NCBI RefSeq assembly: GCF_963676685.1
Contig: NC_092344.1
Location: 32,674,001 to 32,738,000, forward strand
Origin: Mytilus edulis
Taxonomy: Eukaryota
DNA: 64,000 nucleotides
Direction: 5' to 3'
Positions 50,301-62,236 of the stretch are shown here, one piece after another; positions within the stretch are counted from its first letter, which is position 1, and every line of letters begins with the position of its first letter. The translations under genes were made by a program, and so were the position numbers. A model generated the notes under the pieces. The model was given only the letters and a program-made list of their open reading frames with translations. It did no database searches and had not been told where the DNA came from.

Positions 50301-53300
50301 AAAATACAATCAGTAAAAGTCTTGGTTTTTAATGATATTTAAACGTAATCGTAAGCGCGCCGATGACTTATGGTTTATCTAATAAACATCCGATAATAAG
50401 AAGATAAGACGCACAGACGTGCAATTGTACACATTCATGAGATAAATTTTCTATGTTAAACGTATATATTCGAATTATTTTAGTAGACAACCAAAAAAGT
50501 TATAAATTTATTAATTAATGCATTTTCGGACTGATATATGAGGTGAACAAATTAAAGTACAATAATCTGTAAAGACAATATGTTGGTGTACTCTTATTGA
50601 CCTTTTACTATCTCTGCTTTGACTAGATTTATACGATGTGTGTATTCACGGTTCTGTGGCAAATTGAATACTCTTAGATGGCTTGTTGAAAGGTAAATTG
50701 TTATTTGCACTTCGGTATTTAACCACGCCTCTAGGGCACACCTTGCCAGGTGTGACTATCTATTCGGATCAGTGGATTATAAAACAAGGGAGCATTCAAT
50801 ATACACATCTATAATACTAATTCAAGTTTCAAGTTTGTTACAAATAAAAATAGATCGCCGTGGAATTATTTAATTATATTTGTTGTATCATTTATTTCAA
50901 TTCAAATAAATTAATTTACTAAGTAATAAAATTTAAACAATTTTCGGTTAAGACGGGAAACTTAATTCATGTGTCAGAATGAAATGATATACACCTCTTG
51001 TCCTTGATGTATGTCTCATTAAAAAGGGGGAATTAGAAATAGCTTTACCAAAGCATTTTGATTTTCTTTATTAGGCAAAAAATGTACGAGAACACTTACA
51101 TTTAGACTTTTGAAAGCCATGTATTAATATATATCTGAAACTATCTGAAGATAAGTAGATAAATCTACCGAAGCGGAGTATAATATGTACGAACAAAGAA
51201 AAATACTTTTGTTTTTAAATCTTTGCACATTCATGATTAATTATTGTTATCTATTACTCATTCAATTACTTAATTGGTACCTAAAATATGTCTACCGCTT
51301 GGCATTAAAACTCGGTGTAGTAGGAAGGGTTTTATTACATATACTAGATTATATTATTTGGATGAGGATTTGAGCTATCCTATAAAACACTTTTATTAGT
51401 TAACTACATTCGAGCCCAAAGGATATTAACTTAAATGATTCAATTAACTTTACTCACATATTACTTATATTTCTATCTTATGATTTTTGCGTGCTTGTTT
51501 TTATAGAACAGTTTATATATGGTCCAAAAATTTATCATAAAATCATAAATAAAAATATCTTGTTCGGAGAATGATAGTACTATAACAGTGGTTCCAGTCA
51601 GTCAAAAGAGTCAGATTTTGACGAGTATGGTCATATTGGGTACGCACTAGAGCCAGGGTATACCGAAGAAGAGCTCCATAAAATGGAAGCTGCAGAAAGT
51701 TCCCGAAATCAAGATATCCTTAGCAACCATCGCTAGTTTTTAAAACACAGATTGGTGTTCGTGTACTAACTGCATACTTATGCCGTTATTAACGGAATGT
51801 CTATGTTGCCACTAATTTACTCTCTTTGATCGTAATATTGAATTGGGTGAATGCATAAGTAACAGCATCGATTTCATAACAGTTTGTCTGAACCCGGTTG
51901 TTCTTGAAACTAACTATATAAGTTTTTTTTAAGTACAATCGTATTCATATTATACATGTTAAATGAATGAACAAATATTAAACCTATCTGTTTATTGTTT
52001 TCCGTCCATGTCTGCTCATCGCCAGAAATAAAGTTTGTCGCACGAAAAAATGGTGTTAATTCCAGAGTCAAAATTTAAAGAGCTTATTTTCCAGGTTTTC
52101 TGGTATTGTTCGAAAGAGAATTGACCTAACAGAAGAATTACTATCTTAGGCTGTCAGTAACACATGTAGAGTAGTGGGTCGTTGTTGGACATGCAAATCT
52201 TATAAAGTGTATCATCTGTTAAATTTGCAGGTCACTGAAAGGGGAAGTTCCATACGGAAGTAGGTTTTGAGATTGATTTTTTTTTTATATCCAGTGACAC
52301 ATTTTACATGCGTATTCTTGAACGTTTGATACATCATTTACTCTCAAATTGCAAAACGAAAACTTCCACTTGTATTTATAGTATTTGTTGAAATAGTCCT
52401 CGTCTCACAACGTATAATACTCTATCTATTTGACCAACGATGTTCAAAAACAAAAGACAGCGAATTTTATGTCATCTTTCCCTATTTTTGAATGTAACTT
52501 ATAAGGCTGTTCAACTGGCAAGAATACCGCCAGAGACATATATACATGTCTCTGATACCGCTAAAGCGAACAAGCAGTTTATTCTTTAAATTGCTATCAT
52601 ATCACGGCAAGAAAGAAAATAAATCCCGAAATTGATTTGAAACTTTAATACTCAATAGTTTTCCTAGAAAATACTCACACCCCTTTGGGATTATTAGTGT
52701 ACGTCCAGTTGCATATATTTTACATGAATGTCGGAACAATTGTGATGATGACGAATTTCTTCCTTTATTCGAGAACAATCTAATGATACATAAAACTGGG
52801 ATTTTACTATGTTCATAACTTCGATGAACCAAAGCAAGATATACATCGACCTGTATTTAAATCAAACTGGTTCTCTTCTTCTTCTTCTTCTTCTTTTGGT
52901 ATACAATATAGTCTGATACATGTATATATTTTAAATTGCACTATAGTTCCGTAACTTTCTATCCAGGCGTATACGCCAACATCGACAAGTGCGTACATTT
53001 TTTAAATCAATATTTTTGGTATGTACCAGTCTGTCCTTTACTATAATTGACAAATTACATTTTCCCAAATTAACCCTCGGAAAAAATATGTATATAGATT
53101 TTTATTTCTTCAAATCTTTTTTTTTTTTGTGGTATTTTTTATATTTTCATAAATAATATTCTTTACACCAGAAATGTTATTTATAAACAAGCGTACGAGT
53201 TAAATTATTGGCATCATATCACTTTCGGACACACAAGACAGAGATGTGTATTATACACCTGATAGTTCAAAATGGAAAGTTATAAGTCTGCCGTGTACAC

Positions 53301-56300
53301 TGATCAATACCTACAGAAGTGAAACGATGCATGAACTTGCAAGCCCGGCAGGAAATCGCTTGAATACCCGGACGTGTCACCTGAGTCCTCACACCCCTCA
53401 CAATACCTTTGGGAGTTATACCTTTAGCCATGCTGGTGATCAGATGAGGAAAGATCCGAATTTATTTGAATAAAGTTTATTACTTTAAAGAATTATGAAC
53501 GAATTAGATTTTTGAAAACAATTTTCACGGAACACTTATTTATTATTTGAACTGTGACTCTTTAACTAATTCCAATATTAACAGTTTAAAAATAACAGAT
53601 ATATAATAATGGTCATTTAAAAAAAAATAAGAACATTTTCCGTATCAAGTTTATAGTTAGTCAGATAAAACAATCGTACGATTGACAAGATATCGACACG
53701 CAATTACGACTACATCGGTTACTGTAGTTTTGGTCCTTTGTGTTTTATAGACATATCGTGATTATAATCGTAGAAGATGACAAGATGGCGGAGCGTAGAA
53801 AATTGATACTCAAATTTTAAAATCGATGTTGATCTCTTATCTAGCGGAATAAAACTTTAATATCTATAAATTTGAGCCTTTTTATACAGAATGGACATAA
53901 TATCAATTTTTGATTTTTTTGCGAAGTTTCCCTTTAAAAGTCATGAGTATTAACTCTAATGTGCTTTTGCATATCTGACAGACATCTAATTCTTGTTTTC
54001 AAATACTTTTGATTATGAGCAAGGGTATGCTATATAAATGCATGACAGACACTGTGGGTGTTCTAACTGAACTGGTTTTGTACTAGGACATCAACCATCT
54101 TTTTAAAAATCTTAAAACACCATATGATTGATGTTGCTCAGTCAAAATGATGAAATCCTCATGAAGCATCTATGTACTGTAATAATTTTTTTGGAATGAT
54201 GAAATGGATTCCTTAATGATAATAAGATGGTCTAGTCATAACACATTTACCAGAGGGACCAACAGCTCACTTTAAACTTAGTAATCTCAGATTGTCAACA
54301 GAATTAAAGGTTAGTATCAAGCAATGAAATTATTGTTGTTCTATAAAAGTATGGTAGAAAAAAGATACTCTTACAGATACATTTGTGTTAAAATTGAAAG
54401 AATGGAGGTAAACAAATTATATAGCAGCTTTAAGTGACTTATATGATGAATTTTTATAAACTAAAGTATATGTTTGTGAAATAAAAGAATATTTTGTTAC
54501 CAATATCAAACCTTTCTTTCTTTGCAGAGGCCTGGAGGAATGAGTGCACACAGACCAGAAGTGATATTAAACAATTTTAACACAAGATTGGGACACAGTG
54601 TTGGACGATTATTAGCTTCATTGTTCCCCCATGATCCACAGTTTGATGGGAGAAGAGTTGTTACATTTCATAATCAAAGAGATTTTGTATTTGTACGGCA
54701 TCATAGGTAAACATGATTTGATGTATATATTTCAGTATATAAATTTTCAATGATGATACTCACTCATGGTAAAATTGTTTCAGAAGATGTACATGTCTGG
54801 TAGATAGGAGTCACATAACTTTGACCTTGATATATGGACCAGTGATCAGGTTGTCATCTCAGATTCTATGTACAATAGATCAACTGTATTTGTTGTATGG
54901 AATGTTTGTAAGGTGCACATATCCATCTAGCTGGTTTCTGCTCTATGGTCGGGTTGTTATCTCTTTGACACATTCCCCATTTTCATTCTCAATTTTATTC
55001 ATCTAATCTTGTCCTCATAGTTAATTTGTCAAGTCTCTTACTTTCATACTACTGTGGATTCATTTATTTTCGTCGGTACCAATTTTCTTGAATTAAGAAA
55101 ACTTACATGTTGGTGGATATATAATTTCGTGGTTTTGCTGAGATCTACATACAAACCTATAGAAAATTTATTATCATTTGAACAAATAATTTCGTTGTAA
55201 CCAATACTCCAAGAAATCCATGAAAATTGGTATCCAACAAATAATAATAAATCCACAGTATAAGCATATTCTATATCGTAAGCCTCAGGCATTTCTCAGG
55301 TTAAGTATGAATATTTCTTTCGTTAGGCTGTATATGACCTTTTTTACAGTTGAGTGATTTTATCACATAGGAAAAATCAGTCACCTGTGTACTATAAATA
55401 CCAGTGTAACCTTCTTCGGAGCCTCGTTTTAAAGCAACAAGGCAAACCCATGGTAAAATCAAAAGTTCAGAAACTCAATTTATTGGTCCAATTACGGGAG
55501 GGTTATCCAAAACTCAATATCAAACTTCTACCAAGTTAAATATATATATACTAAAATAGTCATCTGCACAACATATCTTGGGAGGGAATTTAACCCTCGA
55601 AGCCTCCTGGCTTCCTCATAGAATGCCCCTCATCCTTCACATACATGCTTGGATGATGGGCTATTATAAATTATATTTAGTTTGGAATGATTGTAAGATG
55701 TACAAGTCTGGAAGGCAGGGTTCATCTTACATTGGCCTCATTTACATAGATATTCATCGATAATTTAAGTTTAAGTTAAACCTTTACCTTAATCACTTTC
55801 AACATAAATTCATTCATGGTCTGCTCTCTGGCTCTCAAGTGAGAAAAAAAATGAAATAGGTATCAAATAAAATTCAGACATCTGATAATATTTTCTGCAG
55901 GCAGATATAACCTTTTGCATAGGCATTCCATTAAATATTTGGGAAAAGAATAAATAACTTCTAACTTCTAGAGATCTTTCTCTTTCAGAATTGTATGGCA
56001 CCTATATGATTGTTACTGTAAAATATATTGAAAGATTTTTCGCTATGATCATTTAATATGTTGTTGTCATTATTCTTTTTGCTAATCAGATATGCTAATT
56101 TGCACTGGAAATTTTGGCCTGACAACATAGCAGCATCCACCATGAGGAACAGGATAATGCACACACACAACTGTTAGAAAATAAAGTTAACAATTTTGTG
56201 TTCATTAGTTTAATATTTTTTATAATTTTTAATTTTCTTGATGTTATCCAGGACTTTGTCCTCATATCATATGATGTGGAATAAATTGCATACTGTTGTG

Positions 56301-57133
56301 ATTCTTTTTACAGGTATGTGTTTAGAAATAACAAAAAAGTGGGTTTACAGCAGTTAGGACCAAAATTTACATTGAAGCTGAGATCTTTACAGAAAGGAAC
56401 ATTTGATTCAAAATATGGAGAATATGAGTGGATACACAAGGTAATCTTTTACACTCCATGTTTATATTGATACACAAGGTAATCTTTTACACTCCATGTT
56501 TATATTGATACACAAGGTAATCTTTTACACTCCATGTTTATATTGATACACAAGGTAATCTTTTACACTCCATGTGATACACAAGGTAATCTTTTACACT
56601 CCATGTTTATATTGCTTATTGAATGCTTAAAACCATTCATTTCAAGATATGTAAGTAGTAAGAACTAATGTGTTTTGATGTTTTTCACTTAAAATATAAT
56701 AAAACCGAGGTATAAAGTGATCCTGGTGTTGTTCCTCCATCTATTTGTCTGTACAGACCAACTTTTTAAACTAAATATGACTTTCAACAAAACTAGCACA
56801 TACTCATTGTTGATTTATGTTTTTGTGCATCAACAATTGTATTTTTTTATCAGAACAGTTTATGTTGTTTCATGCAAAAACATGTACTCTTCAATATTAT
56901 ATTTTAGGGGTGTACATTTAGATTGCTTTATTTACATGCAGTAAAATTTAATTGCATAAAAAACACCATTACTCAATATTTGCCTTTCATAATTTGAACC
57001 AAAAAAAATTTAAGATTTTTTATTGTTTAGTTTTATAAATTATATTATACATTTTAAAACAAGTTCTTATGAATACATTTTCTTTTTACAGCGCCATGAG
57101 ATGGATTCAAGCAGAAGGAAATTTCATTTGTAA
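43242..57133 (+). CDS. RPF1: Ribosome production factor 1 (Brix domain), about 320 aa, 9 exons
   Basis: Exons 43242-43388, 44883-44939, 45474-45551, 46506-46601, 47065-47218, 54227-54309, 54528-54706, 56314-56440, 57092-57133 (963 nt, open). Motifs [71 protein letters not shown]. Confidence 0.95.
46009..46265. mobile_element. Kolobok-like MITE
   Basis: gtaa|GGTGGTACC-AACACTT ... AAGTGTTGGGTACCACC|ttaa. Confidence 0.7.
47275..49255 (-). mobile_element. 5'-truncated, frameshifted L2/CR1-clade LINE (RT and thumb) with an (ATT)n tail
   Basis: [77 protein letters not shown]; 3' end aataaagaattattatt... Confidence 0.9.
47667..48057. mobile_element. Hairpin-bearing element inserted into the LINE 3' ORF
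   Basis: About 65-bp inverted arms at 47668-47811 around cgagccgtaaggcgag; it interrupts the LW-NNLP codons. Confidence 0.7.
49289..49572 (+). mobile_element. 5'-truncated bivalve SINE (Meta-domain-like core, (CAAT)n tail)
   Basis: 12-bp TSD CAGTGTCACAGC at 49277-49288 and 49573-49584; gcaccttaagaaccc core; tail atatttgccactggacgttaagcaaccaacaatcaatcaa. Confidence 0.75.
50118..53933. mobile_element. 3.8-kb Kolobok-like DNA transposon, decayed
   Basis: TTAA on both sides (50114-50117 and 53934-53937); TIR AGGGAAAATTCGC / GCGAAGTTTCCCT; internal Cys-rich pseudogene. Confidence 0.75.
51590..51930 (+). pseudogene. Decayed KolX / P2X7-C-terminal-like Cys-rich protein
   Basis: [12 protein letters not shown], then a frameshift, then [21 protein letters not shown]...[23 protein letters not shown]. 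Confidence 0.7.
56431..56613 (+). repeat. 38-bp tandem repeat (5 copies) spanning the RPF1 exon 8 donor
   Basis: gatacacaag|gtaatcttttacactccatgtttatatt starting at 56431, 56469, 56507, 56545 (short copy) and 56576. Confidence 0.95.
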
Positions 57134-60100
57134 CAAACTATCATACTTAATCATCATTAGGCTTTGAAGGAAATGAAAAGGAAATTAGTCTTGGAGATAT
57201 TGATAATAAGTGAAGATCCAAGTTTATATGAATGGTTTTTGTCAGTATTACCTAGCTGATGAATTTGCAAGGAAAAAATTATTTCACATTGAGAAAAGGA
57301 AAGGACCAGAAAGAATGGAAAATGGATATTGTTAATGTTTGTAAATTAAATAAATTATGTAAAGTTGTTTTAGAATTGATTTTATGTTACAAAGATTACA
57401 GTCAATTTTAATTTTGAAAATAACTGTCATTACGAAATATACAATACTGTACATGTTACATTTTAAGGACAATTTACATTTGTATTGTCACATTTTGGAC
57501 ACATACAAATCCATATGTTTAGGAAAGGAAAGAAAGTGTGGAACCTTTGTCAATTGTATCTTGTTAATATTCATTCTAGGTGTCTATATTTCATTCACGG
57601 CATCTCTTCATTCATTGAAAAAAAAAATCCTTTACAGTTCTTCTTTTAAAGCATGCAAAACAAACAATTGATTAACTTGCTTGCTATATTTGTTTGGATG
57701 TTTGTAAACAACAGGTAGGTAGTCTATTTCAGTGTGTTTACTATTTACTGATTTCAGAAAAATCAGACAACCACATTTAGAGTTTTTTCCCTTGAAATCT
57801 TAATTTTTAGTAAACAAAAGTAAATCTGAAAAGTTAAAGCAGGTCAATGTCTCTCCTAATTAATTTCCAGAAAAATCAAGACGACCCATTTGGAGTTATT
57901 GCCCCATAAATACAAATTTCTCCTGGCCGAGAGGGATAAGTGAGCTTTTCTCATCACTTGGTGTTGTCTTTTGTCATTGTCAAGTGTGATATTGAGGATT
58001 TTCACTTTACCAATCAGGAGTTATGGTCCTTGTAAGATTGGGAAAAGGCACTTTCTGTGGTTTCCATGCAATAATTCATTACCTGTGAACTAAAACTTCA
58101 GATTTTTAAATATTTTGTCTACTTATAAAACATTTGAGGTCAACTTTAATATGTATGATTTGCTCATTTGCTGTTCAGGAGTACTGGTTATCTAGAAATT
58201 GGAAAATAGCATGTTGTAGCATGTTTATCTATTGTAAGAAAAATTCATAATATCTAATAAAATTTGTAGATTTACCTAACAAAGTCCTTATATTTGTATA
58301 AAGTAACATCCATTTATAGTGGAAAATTGTTTTAAATAAACTACAATTAAAATTGCTTGCTAGTCCCTCTCTGTGATTAATAATAGATTACTCTGGTTAA
58401 TTTCCCTATCAATCTACCATGAAGGGGAGATAAATAATTTGTCTTTCATTTATAGTCTTTTTCAAAAATGATGAACGGTTCTTTATATTGGTATGTAATT
58501 ATTTTGAACGTTTCAAATTTATGAAATTATATTCGTACATCAATGTCTTTGTCTTCGAATCGGCACATAATACAAAGGAATGTCACTCTTGCATACAAAT
58601 GGCTCATCAATATAATTAATTAACTGTGCATTCGTGCTCCACCTTCAATGAAGATTCTAAATTATAAATATAACCAAAAGTTGTTAATCTATAGGACAGT
58701 GAAGACTACTGAAAGCTAAACCACTGTAAAAAATATTTCTTTGAAATTTTTTAAAAATTACTCAGAAAAATACTTGAGCCACTTAACTTTCATACCTCAT
58801 AATTAACGTTTTTACACAATATTTTAATAAAGTAGTTAAAGATTATTTGCTTCTAAAAGTGTAAGACGCAATACAAATCGTATGCTTGCATCAACTTACC
58901 CAAATACAGTTTTGATAAGGTCCTGAAAATTTCGACATTGTTTTGTTTATTTTTATCAATACCGGTTTGAAACAAATCACAAGTAAATGTTTAGATCCGA
59001 CTAAATACCTATATCCCGATATCGTCAGGTAAATATGCTACATGTTGTGTCATATTTGATCATGACTAATAAACTGATCAGCCAATGCTTTTTAAATTTT
59101 GATATATTAATATTCGTAATGATGACAAAATGGAGGTTAAGTCTGGTATTGACAATTTTCTCTCTTATCGTTCAAGACTAAGAGTCCTTGATAGATTGCA
59201 AAAGAGGAACAGAAAATAGCAGGTCAACAATCAAGAAAATACCATACAATAAGAATATATCAATTTTATTTGTACTACCTCTTAAGTTTAACATTAGTCA
59301 TTTTAGTTTAACATTGGTCCATTTCAAAATATACAGAAAATCTGCTATGCTGTCAATTTGATGGATTATTTCTTGTTCTGTAAAAGTGATTTTTTTTTCA
59401 AACCAGACTAGAAAATATTTGTTAGGATTTTGTAATTATTTATTAAACAATTCAATGCTTTGGGGCATTCTGATTGAAAATATTTCTTGTTGGCGTTTGT
59501 TTTTGTACCTGTCTAGTGTTTTGTTGTTCCGTCCCTTTTCTCTCATAGTTGATGTTATATTTGAAAAAAACATGGAAAAACTTCATTTTGGCAAAGTATA
59601 AACAAATTTTATCCGAAGAAATATTTACAGATTTTTTAATTTCAAAGGTAAAGGGCATTCTTATGGACAGTATTTTATGTGAGTATTTGTTTTCGTAGAG
59701 GTTCAGTTTTTCTGTTGTTCTGTTTTGCCCTCATAGTCCTCATAGTTGGTGTGGTCATTTTTGTCTCGCTTGATGGAGTTAAAAAGCGAGACATAAGTAT
59801 GGTGTTTTTGGCGACGGTGGCAAAATCAACAATGTATTACTTTGTGATTAGGTCTAGATTATGGTGAACTATTAAAGATATTTAATAAGCAGTTGTATAA
59901 GTTTTGGCACATCTCATTACTATGAAGATTATTTGGAACCGCCCCCTCAGTCATGGTGCATTGACTGAAACTTTTGCTTAGTTTTCATGTATTAGTTTGT
60001 GGTTAAGTCAGTTTATGGGAAACCTGTAGTGGTATGTTAATGATAATTGATATGCAGTTGTATAAGCTTTTGCAAAGCTCATTTCCATAGAGATTATTTG

Positions 60101-60249
60101 GCCCAACCCACCAGTCATGGTCTTCAGTTAGGGTTTATTGACTTTGAATATTTGCAAAACTTACATGTCAAAGTGTTGATTTTTTAATTTAAATATTTGC
60201 ATTAACGAAATTACAAAAAAGCATGACATATCTCTGTGATAACAGTTTA

Positions 60250-60640
60250 TTATAAATTTACTGTTGCAAAAGTATAAATTATTCGAAAAACTAAGGATTT
60301 TCTTATCCCAGGCATAGATTACATAAGCAGTATTTGGGACAACTTTTGGAATTGATGCTATTCAACTTTGTACTTGTTTGGCTTTCTAAGACAACTTTTG
60401 GAATTGATGCTATTCAAATTTGTACTCGTTTGGCTTTCTAACTATTTTTATCTGAGCTTCACTGATGAGTTATGTAGACGAAATGCGCGTCTGGCGTATT
60501 CAATTACAAGCCTAGCACCTTTGATCACTATTTACACCACTGGGTCGATGCCACTGCTGGTGGACGTTTATTCCCGAGAGTATGACGAGCAAAGTAGTCA
60601 GCACTTCGGTGTTGAGATAAATATCAAGTATATGGTAATT
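60250..60640 (+). mobile_element. Circularly permuted retrozyme-like copy with hammerhead at 60454-60497
   Basis: CTGATGA-gttatgtagac-GAAA-tgcgcg-TC-tggcgt, followed by accactgggtcgatgcc at 60536. Confidence 0.7.
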
Positions 60641-61234
60641 TTTTTGGAAAGATTTGAACTTGTTCTAAATCTCTCCATAGGCACTGGCCTCAAATATAGT
60701 TCCCTATAGTTTTCATATATGTGCACATAATATACATATAAACTGTAAAAAAAAATGGGTATTTATTTTTGGGACAGTTCATTCAAGAATGTATGTTGAT
60801 GAAAAGGCTTGTTTAAAAACATTTTGAACAGGTAATTGAGTATTGATACATTACTAGATGATTGACAACTGTCATTATCATCAACCATTCAGGAACAATT
60901 ACAATGCCCCACCTCCTAAACTGTCAATCAAATTGACCACATTACTTATCAACATCAGTCTTACATAATTATACAGACCAGAGTTTCAATATACATCCCA
61001 ATATACAAATATCAATGAGTATTTGACCCCATTAGAGAAATACACAAATGCATGAAATGTATATACATGTTTGATATATAAAATGATAGATTTATTGCTT
61101 TTGATCTAAATTACATGAAGTGATCCTGTATATTATATCTGAAAGATTAACGATTCATTAAGGATTAACAAGATATTTACAAAAATGAAATATAAATATG
61201 AATATATAAAAGGTATTCAAGTAAGGTCTCTAAT

Positions 61235-62236
61235 TTACTTGATAAATTTCCAATCATCATCTGCAATTAATCAACAATTAAGGTCAGTTCACTTTTTTTT
61301 TAATCAGTAATTGGCTTGAAACAGTTTTAAAATTATAAAACTTTCAATTGATTATAAACCATTTTTTATTAGTTTATTCCCCATCAATCATTATGTCTAT
61401 TTTAGTCATTTGAATTTTTATAAGAAGTAAATATATATTTTTGCAATCAAGAAAAAATCCACATTTCAATAAAATAAGTTTTTTTAATTTGTTTACATTG
61501 AAAAAGCACATTTTCAATGCCCTTTGCTGAAAAAATACTTTTTAAATTGATCAAAAGGCACTCTACAACTTTTAATTTTCAATGTCATATAACCTATGTT
61601 TTAAACTATACAATGCCCCAAAACAACATTTTAGATTATTTTTATATATAGCTGTTGGTCTAGATCTTATGTCTTACAAGGGTAGTTGGTAACATTTAGT
61701 AGAAGAAATTTCAGCAATAGTGCTTAATACCATACCTTAATATGAAATTATTCAAACTACCCTTCCAATTTCCATGAGTGATTTCCATCACTTTGATTAA
61801 ATTTACTGTTGTAAAGTATAAATTATTCGAAAAACTAAGGATTTTCTTATCCCAGAAATAGATTACCTTAGCAGTATTTGGCTCAACTTTTTGGAATTTT
61901 GGGTCCTCAATGCTCTTCAACTTTGTAATGTTTTGGTTCTTACTATTTTAATCTGAACGTCACCGATGAGTCTTATGTAGACGTAACGCGCGTCTGGCGT
62001 ATTAGATTATAATCCTGGTACCTTTGATGACTATTTTCCTTGGTTTTTGTTTCTGAACCAGATTTGTCCTCGCTTTATCGGTTTATGACTATTGAACAGG
62101 ATATACTATTGATGCATTTATTAAACACGAGAAAATTCTTACCTTTCAAGTAGCCCTTGTTAGTAAACATTCCAACTGTGCCAAGAACTTTCTCTCTTTT
62201 TGGAAATTCAATTAATCTAGACATTTGTTTAGCCAT
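61235..62236 (-). CDS. Putative two-exon small ORF (39 aa, MAKQMSRLIEFPKREKVLGTVGMFTNKGYLKDDDWKFIK)
   Basis: Exon 62143-62236 ends AAG|gtaaga; exon 61235-61260 follows ttaattgcag; phase 1 matches; minus-strand AATAAA near 61091. No recognised homology. Confidence 0.3.
61797..62036 (+). mobile_element. Partial retrozyme-like copy with a core-mutated hammerhead (61957-62000)
   Basis: acgtca-CCGATGA-gtct-tatgt-agac-GTAA-cgcgcg-TC-tggcgt; stems intact, two core substitutions. Confidence 0.65.

Larger units (their letters stand above)
47219..54226 (+). other. U12-type (minor spliceosome) GT-AG intron of RPF1
   Basis: 5' splice site GTATCCTTT at 47219; branch site TTCCTTAAT at 54209-54217, just upstream of the AG at 54225-54226; no polypyrimidine tract. 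Confidence 0.88.

Noticed and set aside
52602-53473. Transposase ORF inside the Kolobok-like element
   Set aside because: Only short frames without recognisable DDE or THAP motifs; cannot be supported by eye.
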